Positions 1 through 9,607 of a DNA stretch of 64,000 bases are shown in pieces. A model generated the notes under the pieces. That model searched no databases. It was not told the DNA's origin and worked only from the letters and a program-made list of their open reading frames with translations. The stretch is from a virus (lineage: Duplodnaviria > Caudoviricetes). The stretch spans positions 785 to 64,784 of IMG/VR virus record IMGVR_UViG_2513237094_000001; one strand, written 5' to 3'. Every line of letters begins with the position of its first letter. Position 1 is the stretch's first letter. Position numbers and translations under genes: made by a program.

Positions 1-10
1 CTCTGCCGGT

Positions 11-30
11 TGACGGTACATCTGACGGTA
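11..30 (+). promoter_or_regulatory. Integrase arm-type binding site (direct repeat)
   Basis: TGACGGTA-catc-TGACGGTA directly upstream of a P4-type integrase, the usual form of arm sites for this family. Confidence 0.65.
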
Positions 31-61
31 CCGCCGTTTGGGCATCACTCCGGATACCGTC

Positions 62-1300
62 ATGGACGAACTTAGCGATACTGCGATCCGCAGCATCAAA
101 CCGAAGGACAAACCCTACAAGGTAACCGACGGTGGAGGCCTCTACCTGCTGGTGACGACGTCAGGATCGAAGCTCTGGCGCTTCGATTATCGCCGGCTCG
201 GCAAGCGCCTGACGATGGCAATGGGGCCCTACCCCGACCTGACCTTGAAGCGGGCGCGCAAGGACCGGGATGAGGCCCGCGAGCAGCTGGCGAACGGCCT
301 CGATCCGATCGTGCAGAAGAAGCTCAAAGAGGTCGCCGCGAAGACGGCTGAGGCCAACACCTTCAGCCTGATCGCCGACGAGTTCTTGGAGAAGATCAGG
401 GCCGATGGTCTGAGCGAGGACACGATCGACAAGAACGCGTGGATGCTCGACTTCGCGCGCACCGACTTCGGGAACAAGGCGATCACCGCGATCACGGCCG
501 CCGAGATCCTGATCGTGCTGAAGCGGATCGAGAAGGCTGGCAAACACGATACCGCAGTTCGGACGCGCAGCACCATCAGCCGCGTGTTCCGCTATGGCAT
601 CGCGACCAGCAGGGCCGAGCGCGATCCGACCGTCGATCTGCGCGGCGCGCTCGTCACCCGGAAGACGGAGCACCGCGCCGCCCTGTTTAAGCCGGAGGAC
701 GTCGGCGGCCTGATGCGCTCGATCAACGGCTATCGCGGAACCGCAGTCGTCCGGCTGGCGCTCCGGATCGCACCGCGCATCTTTCTGCGGCCGTTCGAGC
801 TGCGGTATGCCGCCTGGTCGGAACTGCCGCCACTGAAGCACGGCATGGACTGGCGCATCCCGGGCGCCCGCATGAAGACCAAGGACGGTGAGGAGTTCGA
901 TCACATCGTCCCCTGCTCTCGGCAGGTCGTCGACATGCTGCGCGAGCTGAAGGAGCTTGCGGGTCACGGGAAATACCTGTTCCCATCCAACCGCACGATC
1001 ACGCGCCCGATCAGCGAAGTCACCCTCAACGCTGCCTTCCGTCGCATGGGCTACACCACCGACGAAGTCACGACGCACGGTCTGCGCAGGACGGCGTCAA
1101 CACTGCTGAACGAACAGACGCTGGGCGACCACCGACGGTTCGAGAACGATTGGATCGAAAAGCAGCTGCACCATCTCGATCCCAACGAAGTGCGCGGGAC
1201 CTATAACGCGGCAGAATATCTCGAGCCCAGGCGCAGGATGATGCAGTGGTGGTCGGATTATCTCGATCGGCTGGCCGGCGTTTCGGAATTGCTCGGTTAG
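62..1300 (+). CDS. int: P4-family tyrosine integrase with Arm DNA-binding domain
   Basis: LSDTAIRSIKPKDKPYKVTDGGGLYLLV N-terminus; catalytic R, HGLRRTAST, H and Y (TYNAAEY); ATG at 62 preferred. Confidence 0.95.
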   Translation: MDELSDTAIRSIKPKDKPYKVTDGGGLYLLVTTSGSKLWRFDYRRLGKRLTMAMGPYPDLTLKRARKDRDEAREQLANGLDPIVQKKLKEVAAKTAEANTFSLIADEFLEKIRADGLSEDTIDKNAWMLDFARTDFGNKAITAITAAEILIVLKRIEKAGKHDTAVRTRSTISRVFRYGIATSRAERDPTVDLRGALVTRKTEHRAALFKPEDVGGLMRSINGYRGTAVVRLALRIAPRIFLRPFELRYAAWSELPPLKHGMDWRIPGARMKTKDGEEFDHIVPCSRQVVDMLRELKELAGHGKYLFPSNRTITRPISEVTLNAAFRRMGYTTDEVTTHGLRRTASTLLNEQTLGDHRRFENDWIEKQLHHLDPNEVRGTYNAAEYLEPRRRMMQWWSDYLDRLAGVSELLG

Positions 1301-2028
1301 GCCAGCCTATAGGCTGGCAGATCGCCGTGGCGAAGTACCTCCTTCTTACGTCGGTGGGCGAAGAGTCCGAGGCCGCAAAAACCGAGAATAAGCATGGCCC
1401 ACGTGGAGAGCTCCGGGACTGCTGGCGCGGGTGCCACGGCATCTATAGAGAAGGTGTCCCCGTTCGCGTCAACGAAGAAAGCCAACGGATCTTGGTATAA
1501 CGCGGCGGACGAAAAAATCTGCAAATTCGCGCTGTGTTGACCCGCTGTAAGAATGTCAGCGAAGTCGAAGGTCAATAGGTCGCCATTAGATGATCGAGTA
1601 GCGCTGGTCGCAAGCACGCCATTTGCCCCCGATCCTCCGCAGGTGGATATGCCGCACTCCTTCACTGATGTTTGATACGAACCATATCCTGATATCGCAA
1701 AAGCAGCGAGGCTTCCCGAGGTGAGGCCAATTTCATAATCGAAGTAGAGTCCGGGATGATTCACTGAAGGACTATCTGCATAGCTGATGACGCGCTGACG
1801 GAATACTCCGGCCAACCCGTCGTCAAACGAGAAAGCAGTTCTTCGATCGAACAGTATCGTTCGAGCCGCAGTATCACCGGTGCTACCACCATTTGGAAGC
1901 CCAGTGATCGTTGAGCCGGGGGTCAACAGGTCGGGCGAAACGACAGCCGCATGGACCGGCGTCATAAAAGCTAGAAGAGAGGCGGCGATCAGAAATAAGT
2001 TCGGGGCGAGCCCTTTGGACTTGGTCAT
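1297..2028 (-). CDS. PEPxxWA-CTERM surface protein (moron 1)
   Basis: Signal peptide (..TPVHA), C-terminal VPELSTWAMLILGFCGLGLFAHRRKK; GGAG RBS before ATG 2028. Confidence 0.85.
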   Translation of the reverse strand: MTKSKGLAPNLFLIAASLLAFMTPVHAAVVSPDLLTPGSTITGLPNGGSTGDTAARTILFDRRTAFSFDDGLAGVFRQRVISYADSPSVNHPGLYFDYEIGLTSGSLAAFAISGYGSYQTSVKECGISTCGGSGANGVLATSATRSSNGDLLTFDFADILTAGQHSANLQIFSSAALYQDPLAFFVDANGDTFSIDAVAPAPAVPELSTWAMLILGFCGLGLFAHRRKKEVLRHGDLPAYRLA

Positions 2029-2151
2029 CAAATTACTCCGTAAAATATTCAGTCGATATAATTGCGCAAAGTTAATCCTAACATGCGACATGCTGTCAAT
2101 TGCAGCGGTTGAGCATTCTTAGTGCAACAACTACCCTTTTGGCACTTGACA

Positions 2152-2186
2152 AAAGAAAACCCCGGCAACGCTGGCCGCTGCCGGGG
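2152..2186 (-). terminator. Rho-independent terminator (minus strand)
   Basis: CCCCGGCA/TGCCGGGG stem followed on the minus strand by TTTTCTTTT. Confidence 0.65.
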
Positions 2187-2193
2187 CAAGTCT

Positions 2194-2304
2194 GTGGGAG
2201 GACCGGTCTCTCGACCGGCACCGGGCCGAACCCGGTGAACGCCCAAGGAGGGCAAAGCTGGCGTCGGATTTCTCTAACGCCATCTCACCCTCATCTTTTC
2301 CCAC
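2194..2304 (-). ncRNA. Candidate multi-stem small RNA or leader
   Basis: Four consecutive hairpins enclosed by GTGGGA/TCCCAC; GAGA tetraloop on the minus strand; followed by a terminator. Confidence 0.4.
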
Positions 2305-2319
2305 GCGATGGGTTGTATG

Positions 2320-2334
2320 TCAACTAAAAGGTGA
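2320..2334. promoter_or_regulatory. Putative phage operator TCAAC-N5-GGTGA
   Basis: TCAACTAAAAGGTGA upstream of alpA; motif recurs about 15 times. Confidence 0.65.
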
Positions 2335-2364
2335 TAGTGTCACGCCGTCTCAGGGTGATCCACA

Positions 2365-2583
2365 ATGACCGATTCCATTACCTTCCTCCGTGTTCCCGAA
2401 GTCTTGCGCCGCACCGGCATGTCTCGGCCGACCCTCTATCGCCGCATCAGCGAGGGCAAGTTCCCTGAGCCGAAGAAGGACGGCGGCCTAGCGCTCTGGA
2501 CCGAGCTCGACGTCACCAACTACCAGCGCAAGATCATGGGCTTGCCGGTGCTGACACAGGACGTGGCGGATCTGCTGGGATGA
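2365..2583 (+). CDS. alpA: AlpA-family excisionase / regulator
   Basis: FLRVPEVLRRTGMSRPTLYRRISEGKFPEP is the AlpA HTH signature. Confidence 0.9.
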   Translation: MTDSITFLRVPEVLRRTGMSRPTLYRRISEGKFPEPKKDGGLALWTELDVTNYQRKIMGLPVLTQDVADLLG

Positions 2584-3206
2584 CCTTCCTGCGTACCACT
2601 CGGCGCTCGCCCGTGGACGACGTTGACGATCTGCTTGGCACAGCGGAACCCGTCGATCCGCCCGAAATCTTCAACATGGATCTGCGCAACATCAGCCGCG
2701 GCGTGTCGATCACGTGGCTGATGCAAGCGTTCGAGATGGACCGCAACACCATCAAGAAGCGCCTGGCCGACTGTCCGCCGATCAAGATGGGCGCGGGTCA
2801 GCAGCCGTTGTTCAAGCTGTCGCAGGCCGCGGCGTATCTGGTCAAGCCGCGCTTCGACACCAAGACCTACATCAAGAATATGAACATCAACGATCTCCCG
2901 CCCTTCCTTCGCAAGGAAGTCTGGGAAGCTCGATTGAAGGAGCAGCGGTGGAAGGAAAAGGCCGGAGATCTCTGGCACACGGCCGACGTCACCGAGACTT
3001 TCGCTGAGGTTTTCAAGCTGATCAAAAACCAGATGCAGCTTTGGGTCGACAACCTAGCGCGCACGGAAGCGATGAGCGACGCGCAGAACAAGCATTTCGT
3101 CGGCGCCGTCGATCAGTTGCAGCAAGACCTTCATCGCGAACTGATCGAGCTGCCGAAGGCGCGCAAGACGAGTCCACAATCGGCTGATGCAGAGGACGAC
3201 GAATGA
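2580..3206 (+). CDS. terS: Terminase small subunit (DUF1441/Nu1-like)
   Basis: wHTH (ITWLMQAFEMDRNTIKKRL) plus coiled coil, directly before GpA. Confidence 0.75.
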   Translation: MTFLRTTRRSPVDDVDDLLGTAEPVDPPEIFNMDLRNISRGVSITWLMQAFEMDRNTIKKRLADCPPIKMGAGQQPLFKLSQAAAYLVKPRFDTKTYIKNMNINDLPPFLRKEVWEARLKEQRWKEKAGDLWHTADVTETFAEVFKLIKNQMQLWVDNLARTEAMSDAQNKHFVGAVDQLQQDLHRELIELPKARKTSPQSADAEDDE

Positions 3207-3409
3207 GCGAGGGCGCAGAAGCAAAGCAGCAACGATACCGCGAGCGCGTCAGGGTACAGACCCTGACTTGGGCCATGGGGCGATCGGTTCACAACCGGGT
3301 CGACAACGAATGCTGCCCCGACTTCTCGTGCTGTCATCCCGATCTGTTCGAGCAGGACTCAGCCAAGCGCTGGGAAACCTACCACCGGGAACACGGGCAG
3401 CGATCCTGA
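3203..3409 (+). CDS. Small hypothetical protein with CCPDFSCC motif
   Basis: ATGA-coupled to terS, fills the gap to terL. Confidence 0.6.
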   Translation: MSEGAEAKQQRYRERVRVQTLTWAMGRSVHNRVDNECCPDFSCCHPDLFEQDSAKRWETYHREHGQRS

Positions 3410-3421
3410 TCGAAATGTGCA

Positions 3422-5476
3422 ATGCCTGAATTTCTCGAACAGATAATCGTCGAAACGGCCGAGATGGTCCGGCCGCCCGAACGCCTGACCGTCTCCCAGG
3501 CGGCTGTAAAGTATCGCAAGCTCAACAACCCGGGAAGCTATGTCGGAGATTGGGACAACTCTATCGCGCCGTACATGGTTGAGCCGATGGATGAGCTTAC
3601 GTCGCTCGACTACACTGGCTTGATCTTCGCCGGGCCTGCCCGCTGCGGAAAATCCGACATTTATTTCAATTGGCTCGGCCACACCGCGATCTGCGATCCC
3701 GCAGACATGATGGTCGTCCACATGACGCAGAACACCGCGCGCGACTGGTCAAAGGGCGATCTACAAAAGGTCTTCCGTCATTCCCCTGATATTGGCGCGA
3801 AGGTGACGCACGGCCGACAGAGCCTCAACACCCACGACATCGCGTTCCAATCCGGAATGCGCGTGCTCGTGAAATGGCCGACCATCACGGAACTGTCGGG
3901 CAAGACGGTCCCTCGCCTGTTCCTGATGGACTACGATCGAATGCCGCTCGACGTGGACAAGGAAGGCACGCCGTTCGATCTCGCGCGCAAGCGCACCACC
4001 ACGTTCCAGCGCTACGGCATGACGGTGGCCGAGAGCTCGCCGGGTTGGCAGGTCGAGAACCCGAAGTGGCTGTCGACCAGCCCGCACGAAGCGCCGCCGA
4101 CGCCGGGTATTCTCGCCCTATATAATCGCGGTGATCGGCGCCGTTGGTACTGGCGCTGCATCAGTTGCAAGGAGGCGTTCGAACCGACCTTCCAGTGTCT
4201 CAGCTATCCCGACTCGGCTGACAAAATGGAAGCGGCCGAAATGGCAACGCTGAAGTGCCCCATCTGTTCGTTCGATATCGAGCACGAGCGCAAGCGGGAA
4301 CTGAACTTCAACGGCAAGTGGATCAAGGACCGCATGAAGTGGCTGCCAGACGGATCGGTGGTGGGCACGCCGATCCGGTCGAGCATTGCTTCGTTCTGGC
4401 TGAAAGGCGTCGCGGCGGCGTTCGCCGACTGGAAGCTGCTGGTGCACAACTATCTAAGCGCCATGGAGGAATTCGAGCGCACCGGCAGCGAGGAGTCGCT
4501 GAAGACAACGACCAACACCGACCAGGGCGAACCGTACGTCCCGCAGAGCTCTGAGGGCGAGCGCCTGCCGGAAGACCTGAAAAGCCGCGCCTACGATCTC
4601 GGCGAGCGCGTCGTGCCCGAGGGCGTGCGCTTCCTGATTGCGACGATCGACGTGCAGAAGAACCGCTTCGTGGTGCAGATCCACGGCATCGGCGAACACG
4701 GCGACATCTTCATTGTGGACCGCTACGACGTCCGCAAATCCGAGCGCACCGACGACGACGGCGAGCGCTATTGGATTAGCCCGGGGTCCTATGAGGAAGA
4801 CTGGCGCCTGCTCGTCGACGCGGTGATCTTGAAGACTTACCCGCTCGCGGATGGCAGCGGGCGACACATGCAGATCAAGGTCACGGGTTGCGACTCCGGT
4901 GGCCGCGAGGGCGTGACTGCGAACGCCTACAAGTTCTGGCGATGGCTCCGCGACAAGCAGCCCGGCAATCTGCATCGGCGCTTCCAGCTCGTGAAGGGCT
5001 CCCCACTGAAGTCGGTACCGCGGGTGCAGATCAGTTACCCTGACGCCGAGCGCAAGGACCGTCGCGCCGGCGCCAAGGGCGAAGTCCCGATCCTGATCAT
5101 CAACTCCAACCAGGTGAAGGATCAGGTCAATAAGCTGCTCGATCGCGAGATACCCGGCGGCGGGCGAATCAGCTTTCCGGAATGGCTGCCGGATTGGTTC
5201 TATACCGAGCTCACGGTCGAAGTGCGCACCGCGAAGGGCTGGGAAAACCCGAAGAACCAGCGCAACGAGTCCTGGGACTTGCTGTGCTACGCCATCGCGG
5301 TCGGCCTGTCGCCGCGCCACGTGAACATCGAGCGAATCGATTGGGCCAACCCGCCGTCCTGGGCCGCCGAGTGGGACAAAAACGACTTGATACTCGCTCC
5401 CGGCGTCGATCAACGATTTGAATCTCAACCAAATAGTGATATTGGACTTGAGCGACTCGGCGCAGAATTGGCGTGA
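3422..5476 (+). CDS. terL: Terminase large subunit, lambda GpA family
   Basis: GPARCGKS Walker A, LFLMDYDRM, zinc finger CISC..CPIC, nuclease domain with ATIDVQ. Confidence 0.95.
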   Translation: MPEFLEQIIVETAEMVRPPERLTVSQAAVKYRKLNNPGSYVGDWDNSIAPYMVEPMDELTSLDYTGLIFAGPARCGKSDIYFNWLGHTAICDPADMMVVHMTQNTARDWSKGDLQKVFRHSPDIGAKVTHGRQSLNTHDIAFQSGMRVLVKWPTITELSGKTVPRLFLMDYDRMPLDVDKEGTPFDLARKRTTTFQRYGMTVAESSPGWQVENPKWLSTSPHEAPPTPGILALYNRGDRRRWYWRCISCKEAFEPTFQCLSYPDSADKMEAAEMATLKCPICSFDIEHERKRELNFNGKWIKDRMKWLPDGSVVGTPIRSSIASFWLKGVAAAFADWKLLVHNYLSAMEEFERTGSEESLKTTTNTDQGEPYVPQSSEGERLPEDLKSRAYDLGERVVPEGVRFLIATIDVQKNRFVVQIHGIGEHGDIFIVDRYDVRKSERTDDDGERYWISPGSYEEDWRLLVDAVILKTYPLADGSGRHMQIKVTGCDSGGREGVTANAYKFWRWLRDKQPGNLHRRFQLVKGSPLKSVPRVQISYPDAERKDRRAGAKGEVPILIINSNQVKDQVNKLLDREIPGGGRISFPEWLPDWFYTELTVEVRTAKGWENPKNQRNESWDLLCYAIAVGLSPRHVNIERIDWANPPSWAAEWDKNDLILAPGVDQRFESQPNSDIGLERLGAELA

Positions 5477-5485
5477 TCCCCACAT

Positions 5486-5698
5486 ATGGCCTCGACTTCT
5501 GACCTGCTGGCAGATGCAAAAACCGCCTACCATTCCCTTCTAACGGGCAAACAGGCGGTGGAGTTTCGCGACTCCAATGGCGAGACGGTCCGGTACAACG
5601 TCGCCAACATTTCGAAGCTCGCGGCCTACATCGCGGATCTGGAACGGCAGTTGTCCACGACGTCGTGCACGTCGGGTCCGATGCGGGTTTGGTTCTGA
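5486..5698 (+). CDS. Head-to-tail joining protein, gpW-like
   Basis: AYHSLLTGKQAVEFRDSNGETVRY..LAAYIADLERQL; lies between terL and portal. Confidence 0.85.
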   Translation: MASTSDLLADAKTAYHSLLTGKQAVEFRDSNGETVRYNVANISKLAAYIADLERQLSTTSCTSGPMRVWF

Positions 5699-7371
5699 TG
5701 CAGGCTGACCCCGAAATCGACGCGCTGCTTGGGAATGCCCTCCCCGCGGTGGTCGCGCCTTCAACGGGCAAGGCGATGGGATTTGTCGGCGGCCCGTACG
5801 ATGGCGCCAACAGGTATTCGACTGAGTTGGCGACCTGGCAGCCTTCGCTCGGGTCGGCCGATTTCGACATCCTGCCCGACAAGCCGGTTCTTGACGCCCG
5901 GGTCCGCGACACCCTGCGGAACGACTCCTACGTGCAAAGCGGTCTCGCGATGCACAAGGACAACATCGTCGGCTCGATGTTCCTGCTCAATTCGAAGCCG
6001 GACTTTAAAGTCCTCGGGCTCGATGAGACCTGGGCGGAAGAGTACCAGGAAGAAGTCGAGTCCAAGTTCACCCTCTGGGCCGAGAGCGACAACAACTGGC
6101 CCGACGCTGCTCGCGTCAACACGCTGACGTCGCTCGTCCGCCTCGCGGTTGGCGTTTACGGCATGGCCGGCGAGGTGCTCGCCTCGGCCGAATGGATGCG
6201 CGACGCCTCTCGCCCGTTCAACACCGCGATCCAGATGATCGACCTCGATCGTCTGTCGAACCCGAACGGCGTCATCAACAACCCGTTGCTTCGGGGTGGC
6301 GTGCAGCGGGATCGGTACGGCGCGCCGCTCGGCTATCACGTTCGGATGGCGCACCCGACCGACTACTTCAATCCCGACAGCTACATGTGGAAGTACGTTC
6401 CAATCCGCAAGCCGTGGGGTCGGTTGCAGATGATCCACATCGTCGAGCAGACGCGGCCGGATCAGACACGCGGCGTGGCCGAGATGGTTTCGGCGCTGAA
6501 GGAACTACGGATCACCAAGAAGTTCCGCGACATCGTGTTGCAGAACGCCGTCGTCAACGCGACCTATGCCGCCTCGATCGAGAGCGACCTTCCCTCCGAC
6601 GCGGTGTTTCAGGCGCTCGGTGGCGGCAACCTGGGGGACACCGCGGGCGGCGCGATCAGTTGGGCGTCGTCCTATCTCGCCGCGATCCAGCAGTATGCGG
6701 GCGGCGCGAAGAACCTCAAGCTCGACGGCGTCAAGATCCCGCATCTGTTCCCCGGGACGAAGCTGCAACTGCGGCCGGCTGGCCAGGGCGGCCCGCTCGG
6801 TACCGAGTTCGAGCAGTCCTTGCTCCGCTACATCGCGGCGAACTTAAACGTCAGCTACGAGCAGCTCTCGCGCGACTACAGCCAGTCGAACTATTCGTCG
6901 ATCCGCGCGGCGATGACCGAGACGTGGAAGTTCATGCAGGCGCGGAAGCGGATGGTCGCCGATCGCTTCGCCTCGAGCATCTTCCGTCTATGGCTGGAAG
7001 AAGCGATCAACAAAAACCAGATCACCACGCTCTCAAAGGCCTCGCCCTCCTTCTACGAGGGCCTGAACGCCGACGCCTACGCGAAGTGCGAATGGATCGG
7101 CGCCAGCCGCGGCCAGATCGACGAGTTGAAGGAAACTCAGGCCGCCGTGTTGCGCCTCGATAACGGGCTCTCGACGCTGGAAGACGAGCACGGGCGCATG
7201 GGCAAGGATTGGCGCGCGGTGATCCGGCAGCGCAAGCGGGAGAAGACCCTGCTGGTCGAAGCTGGTCTGTACGTCGACCCCAACAGCCAGAACACGAAGA
7301 ACGCTTTGAAGCCGTCGACCGAGGCTGACAACCCCGACAACAAGCCCGCGAAGAAGAAGCAAAATGCTTAA
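5698..7371 (+). CDS. Portal protein, lambda family
   Basis: YEQLSRDYSQSNYSSIRA and IDELKE motifs; ATG 5698 overlaps the gpW stop. Confidence 0.95.
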   Translation: MQADPEIDALLGNALPAVVAPSTGKAMGFVGGPYDGANRYSTELATWQPSLGSADFDILPDKPVLDARVRDTLRNDSYVQSGLAMHKDNIVGSMFLLNSKPDFKVLGLDETWAEEYQEEVESKFTLWAESDNNWPDAARVNTLTSLVRLAVGVYGMAGEVLASAEWMRDASRPFNTAIQMIDLDRLSNPNGVINNPLLRGGVQRDRYGAPLGYHVRMAHPTDYFNPDSYMWKYVPIRKPWGRLQMIHIVEQTRPDQTRGVAEMVSALKELRITKKFRDIVLQNAVVNATYAASIESDLPSDAVFQALGGGNLGDTAGGAISWASSYLAAIQQYAGGAKNLKLDGVKIPHLFPGTKLQLRPAGQGGPLGTEFEQSLLRYIAANLNVSYEQLSRDYSQSNYSSIRAAMTETWKFMQARKRMVADRFASSIFRLWLEEAINKNQITTLSKASPSFYEGLNADAYAKCEWIGASRGQIDELKETQAAVLRLDNGLSTLEDEHGRMGKDWRAVIRQRKREKTLLVEAGLYVDPNSQNTKNALKPSTEADNPDNKPAKKKQNA

Positions 7372-8692
7372 TCCCCTGATCGCGCGCTTCAGCGGCATCC
7401 CCGCCTTCGTCAACGGCGCATCAAACGTCCTGTTCGAGAGCTGCCTGCAGCAGGTCGTGGCGCACGAGCGCGCGTTCGAGATGCTGAACGAGGGGATGCA
7501 GGCCGACGACGGCTTCTGGCCGGCCGCCGACGACTGGCGCGCTGCGTATCGCCCCTACAACGTGCGCGACGGCATTCTGCTGATCCCCGTCAAAGGCGTG
7601 TTGCTACACGAATTCACCTTTGCCCTCGGCAATTGGGCCACCGGCTATCAGTACATCTGGCGCGCATTCCAGCGCGGCATGACCGATGAGGGCGTGAAGG
7701 GGATCGCCTTCATCTGCAATACGCCGGGCGGCATGGTCGCCGGCTGCTTCGATTGCGCTGACAAGATGTTCGCCATGCGCGGGACGAAGCCGATCCGCGC
7801 CTTCTCCCAGGAGAGCGCCTATTCGGCCGGCTACGCGATCGCGTCGGTCGCCGACCACGTCAACGTCTCGGCGACTGGCGGCGTCGGCTCGATCGGCGTC
7901 GTCACGATGCACGTCGATATGAGCGGGGCGATCGACAAGGCGGGCTTCAAGATCACCTTCATCCAGTACGGGAAGCACAAGACGGATGGCAATCCGTACG
8001 AGTCTCTCGGCAAGGACGCGAAGGCACGTATTCAAGCTCGGATCGACGAGCTCGGTGAGATTTTCGTGACCAAGATGGCACGAAATCGGGGATTGGACGC
8101 GCAGGTCATTCGAGATTTCGAAGCCCTGACGTTCACCGCCTCGGAAGCGACGTCAAACGGGCTGGCCGATTCCATCGGCTCGCTCGACGACGCCATGGCC
8201 GCATTCGTGGCCGATTGTTCCCTCGACGATGGAGATGATGAAATGAACGACAAAACTGCGGGGGTCGATCAGGCCACCCATACTGCTGCTGTCAACACCG
8301 CGCGCACCGAAGGTCACGCGGCCGGTCTCAAGGAAGGCACGAGTGCCGGCGCCACGGCCGCGAAGGAGCGCATCTCCGCGATCCTCGCGCTTGACGAGTC
8401 CAAGACCCGTCAAGCGTCCGCGCTCAAGATTGCGCTGACGACCGACATGACCGTCGACCAGGCGAAGGGTCTGCTCGGCACCCTGCCCGAGGAAAAGGCT
8501 GCCACGGCTGCGCCGGCTGCGTCGGCCGCCAAGCCCGAGACGCCGTTCGAGAAGGCGATGACCACAACCGAGAATCCGAACCTCGGCTCGGGCGATCAGA
8601 GCGAGACGAGCGCTGCGACCGATGACCAGTCGGCGGCCATCCTCGGGCACTACCGCGCCGCGACCGGCGCTCCCAAGAAGTCGGCAGCGTAA
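7364..8692 (+). CDS. S49-family head maturation protease with C-terminal scaffold
   Basis: NTPGGMV, AYSAGYAIAS, GSIGVV; Ala-rich ERISAIL scaffold tail. Confidence 0.92.
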   Translation: MLNPLIARFSGIPAFVNGASNVLFESCLQQVVAHERAFEMLNEGMQADDGFWPAADDWRAAYRPYNVRDGILLIPVKGVLLHEFTFALGNWATGYQYIWRAFQRGMTDEGVKGIAFICNTPGGMVAGCFDCADKMFAMRGTKPIRAFSQESAYSAGYAIASVADHVNVSATGGVGSIGVVTMHVDMSGAIDKAGFKITFIQYGKHKTDGNPYESLGKDAKARIQARIDELGEIFVTKMARNRGLDAQVIRDFEALTFTASEATSNGLADSIGSLDDAMAAFVADCSLDDGDDEMNDKTAGVDQATHTAAVNTARTEGHAAGLKEGTSAGATAAKERISAILALDESKTRQASALKIALTTDMTVDQAKGLLGTLPEEKAATAAPAASAAKPETPFEKAMTTTENPNLGSGDQSETSAATDDQSAAILGHYRAATGAPKKSAA

Positions 8693-8767
8693 CGCCGAGC
8701 TGTTCGCGACATCGGCGGCCGAAATGTCGCCGATGAACTCCAACCTCCCAGCTAGAAAGCCAATCCA

Positions 8768-9550
8768 ATGACCACCAACATCCCGTATGACAAGGTTGGT
8801 ATCGCGGACTTCGATACCACCGACATCTTCAGCCAGGTCGAGCTGTTCAACTCGACCATCCCGGACATCACGACCGAAGACTTCGAAGTTGCTGCGAACA
8901 CCACGCTCAAGACCTACGCCGTGGTCGGTCTGAATGCGGCCGGTAAGCTCGTGATGGCGACTGACGACGTTGTCGGCGGTGCGCGCGCGACCAACGCCCT
9001 GACCCTCACCGCGGTCGGTACCGCGAACGAAACCGTCACGATCGGCAGCACGGTCTACAAGCTCGTGGCAGCGCCCGCCGCCGGTTACGACGTGAAGATC
9101 GGCGCGACCACCGCGGAGACCACTGCCAACCTGATCGCGGCCATCAACGGCGACCCGGCTGGTTTGGGAACGCTTTACGGCGCCGCCACCGTCGAGCATC
9201 CGAGCGTCGAGGCCCGCCTGAACGCGGCTGGCGTGATCGGCTTGGTCGCCGACGTTCCTGGTACGGCCGGAAACGCCATCGCGACCACCGAAACCAGCGC
9301 GGTCGGCTCTTTCGCGACCACCACGATGACGGGCGGTCTCGACGCGGTTGGCATTCAGGCCATCGGCGTCGCCGTCGCCGGCATCGTGACCGACGGTGCC
9401 AATCCGAAGCGAATCCCCGTCTATCGCTCGGGCAACTTCAACCCGGCAGCGCTGGTGTGGGACCCGTCGTTCGACACGCTCGCGAAGCAGTGCGCCGCGT
9501 TCCGCGGTGCGCCGACGCCCACCAACATCATCATCCGTCCGCGGCTCTAA
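8768..9550 (+). CDS. Head decoration protein (gpD-like) with inserted domain
   Basis: Between protease and capsid; VYRSGNFNPAALVW C-terminal motif. Confidence 0.75.
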   Translation: MTTNIPYDKVGIADFDTTDIFSQVELFNSTIPDITTEDFEVAANTTLKTYAVVGLNAAGKLVMATDDVVGGARATNALTLTAVGTANETVTIGSTVYKLVAAPAAGYDVKIGATTAETTANLIAAINGDPAGLGTLYGAATVEHPSVEARLNAAGVIGLVADVPGTAGNAIATTETSAVGSFATTTMTGGLDAVGIQAIGVAVAGIVTDGANPKRIPVYRSGNFNPAALVWDPSFDTLAKQCAAFRGAPTPTNIIIRPRL

Positions 9551-9607
9551 CCCTCGGGTTATTGACGCAACGACCCCGTCTTCACATCGCATCGAAAGAA
9601 CCGCATC

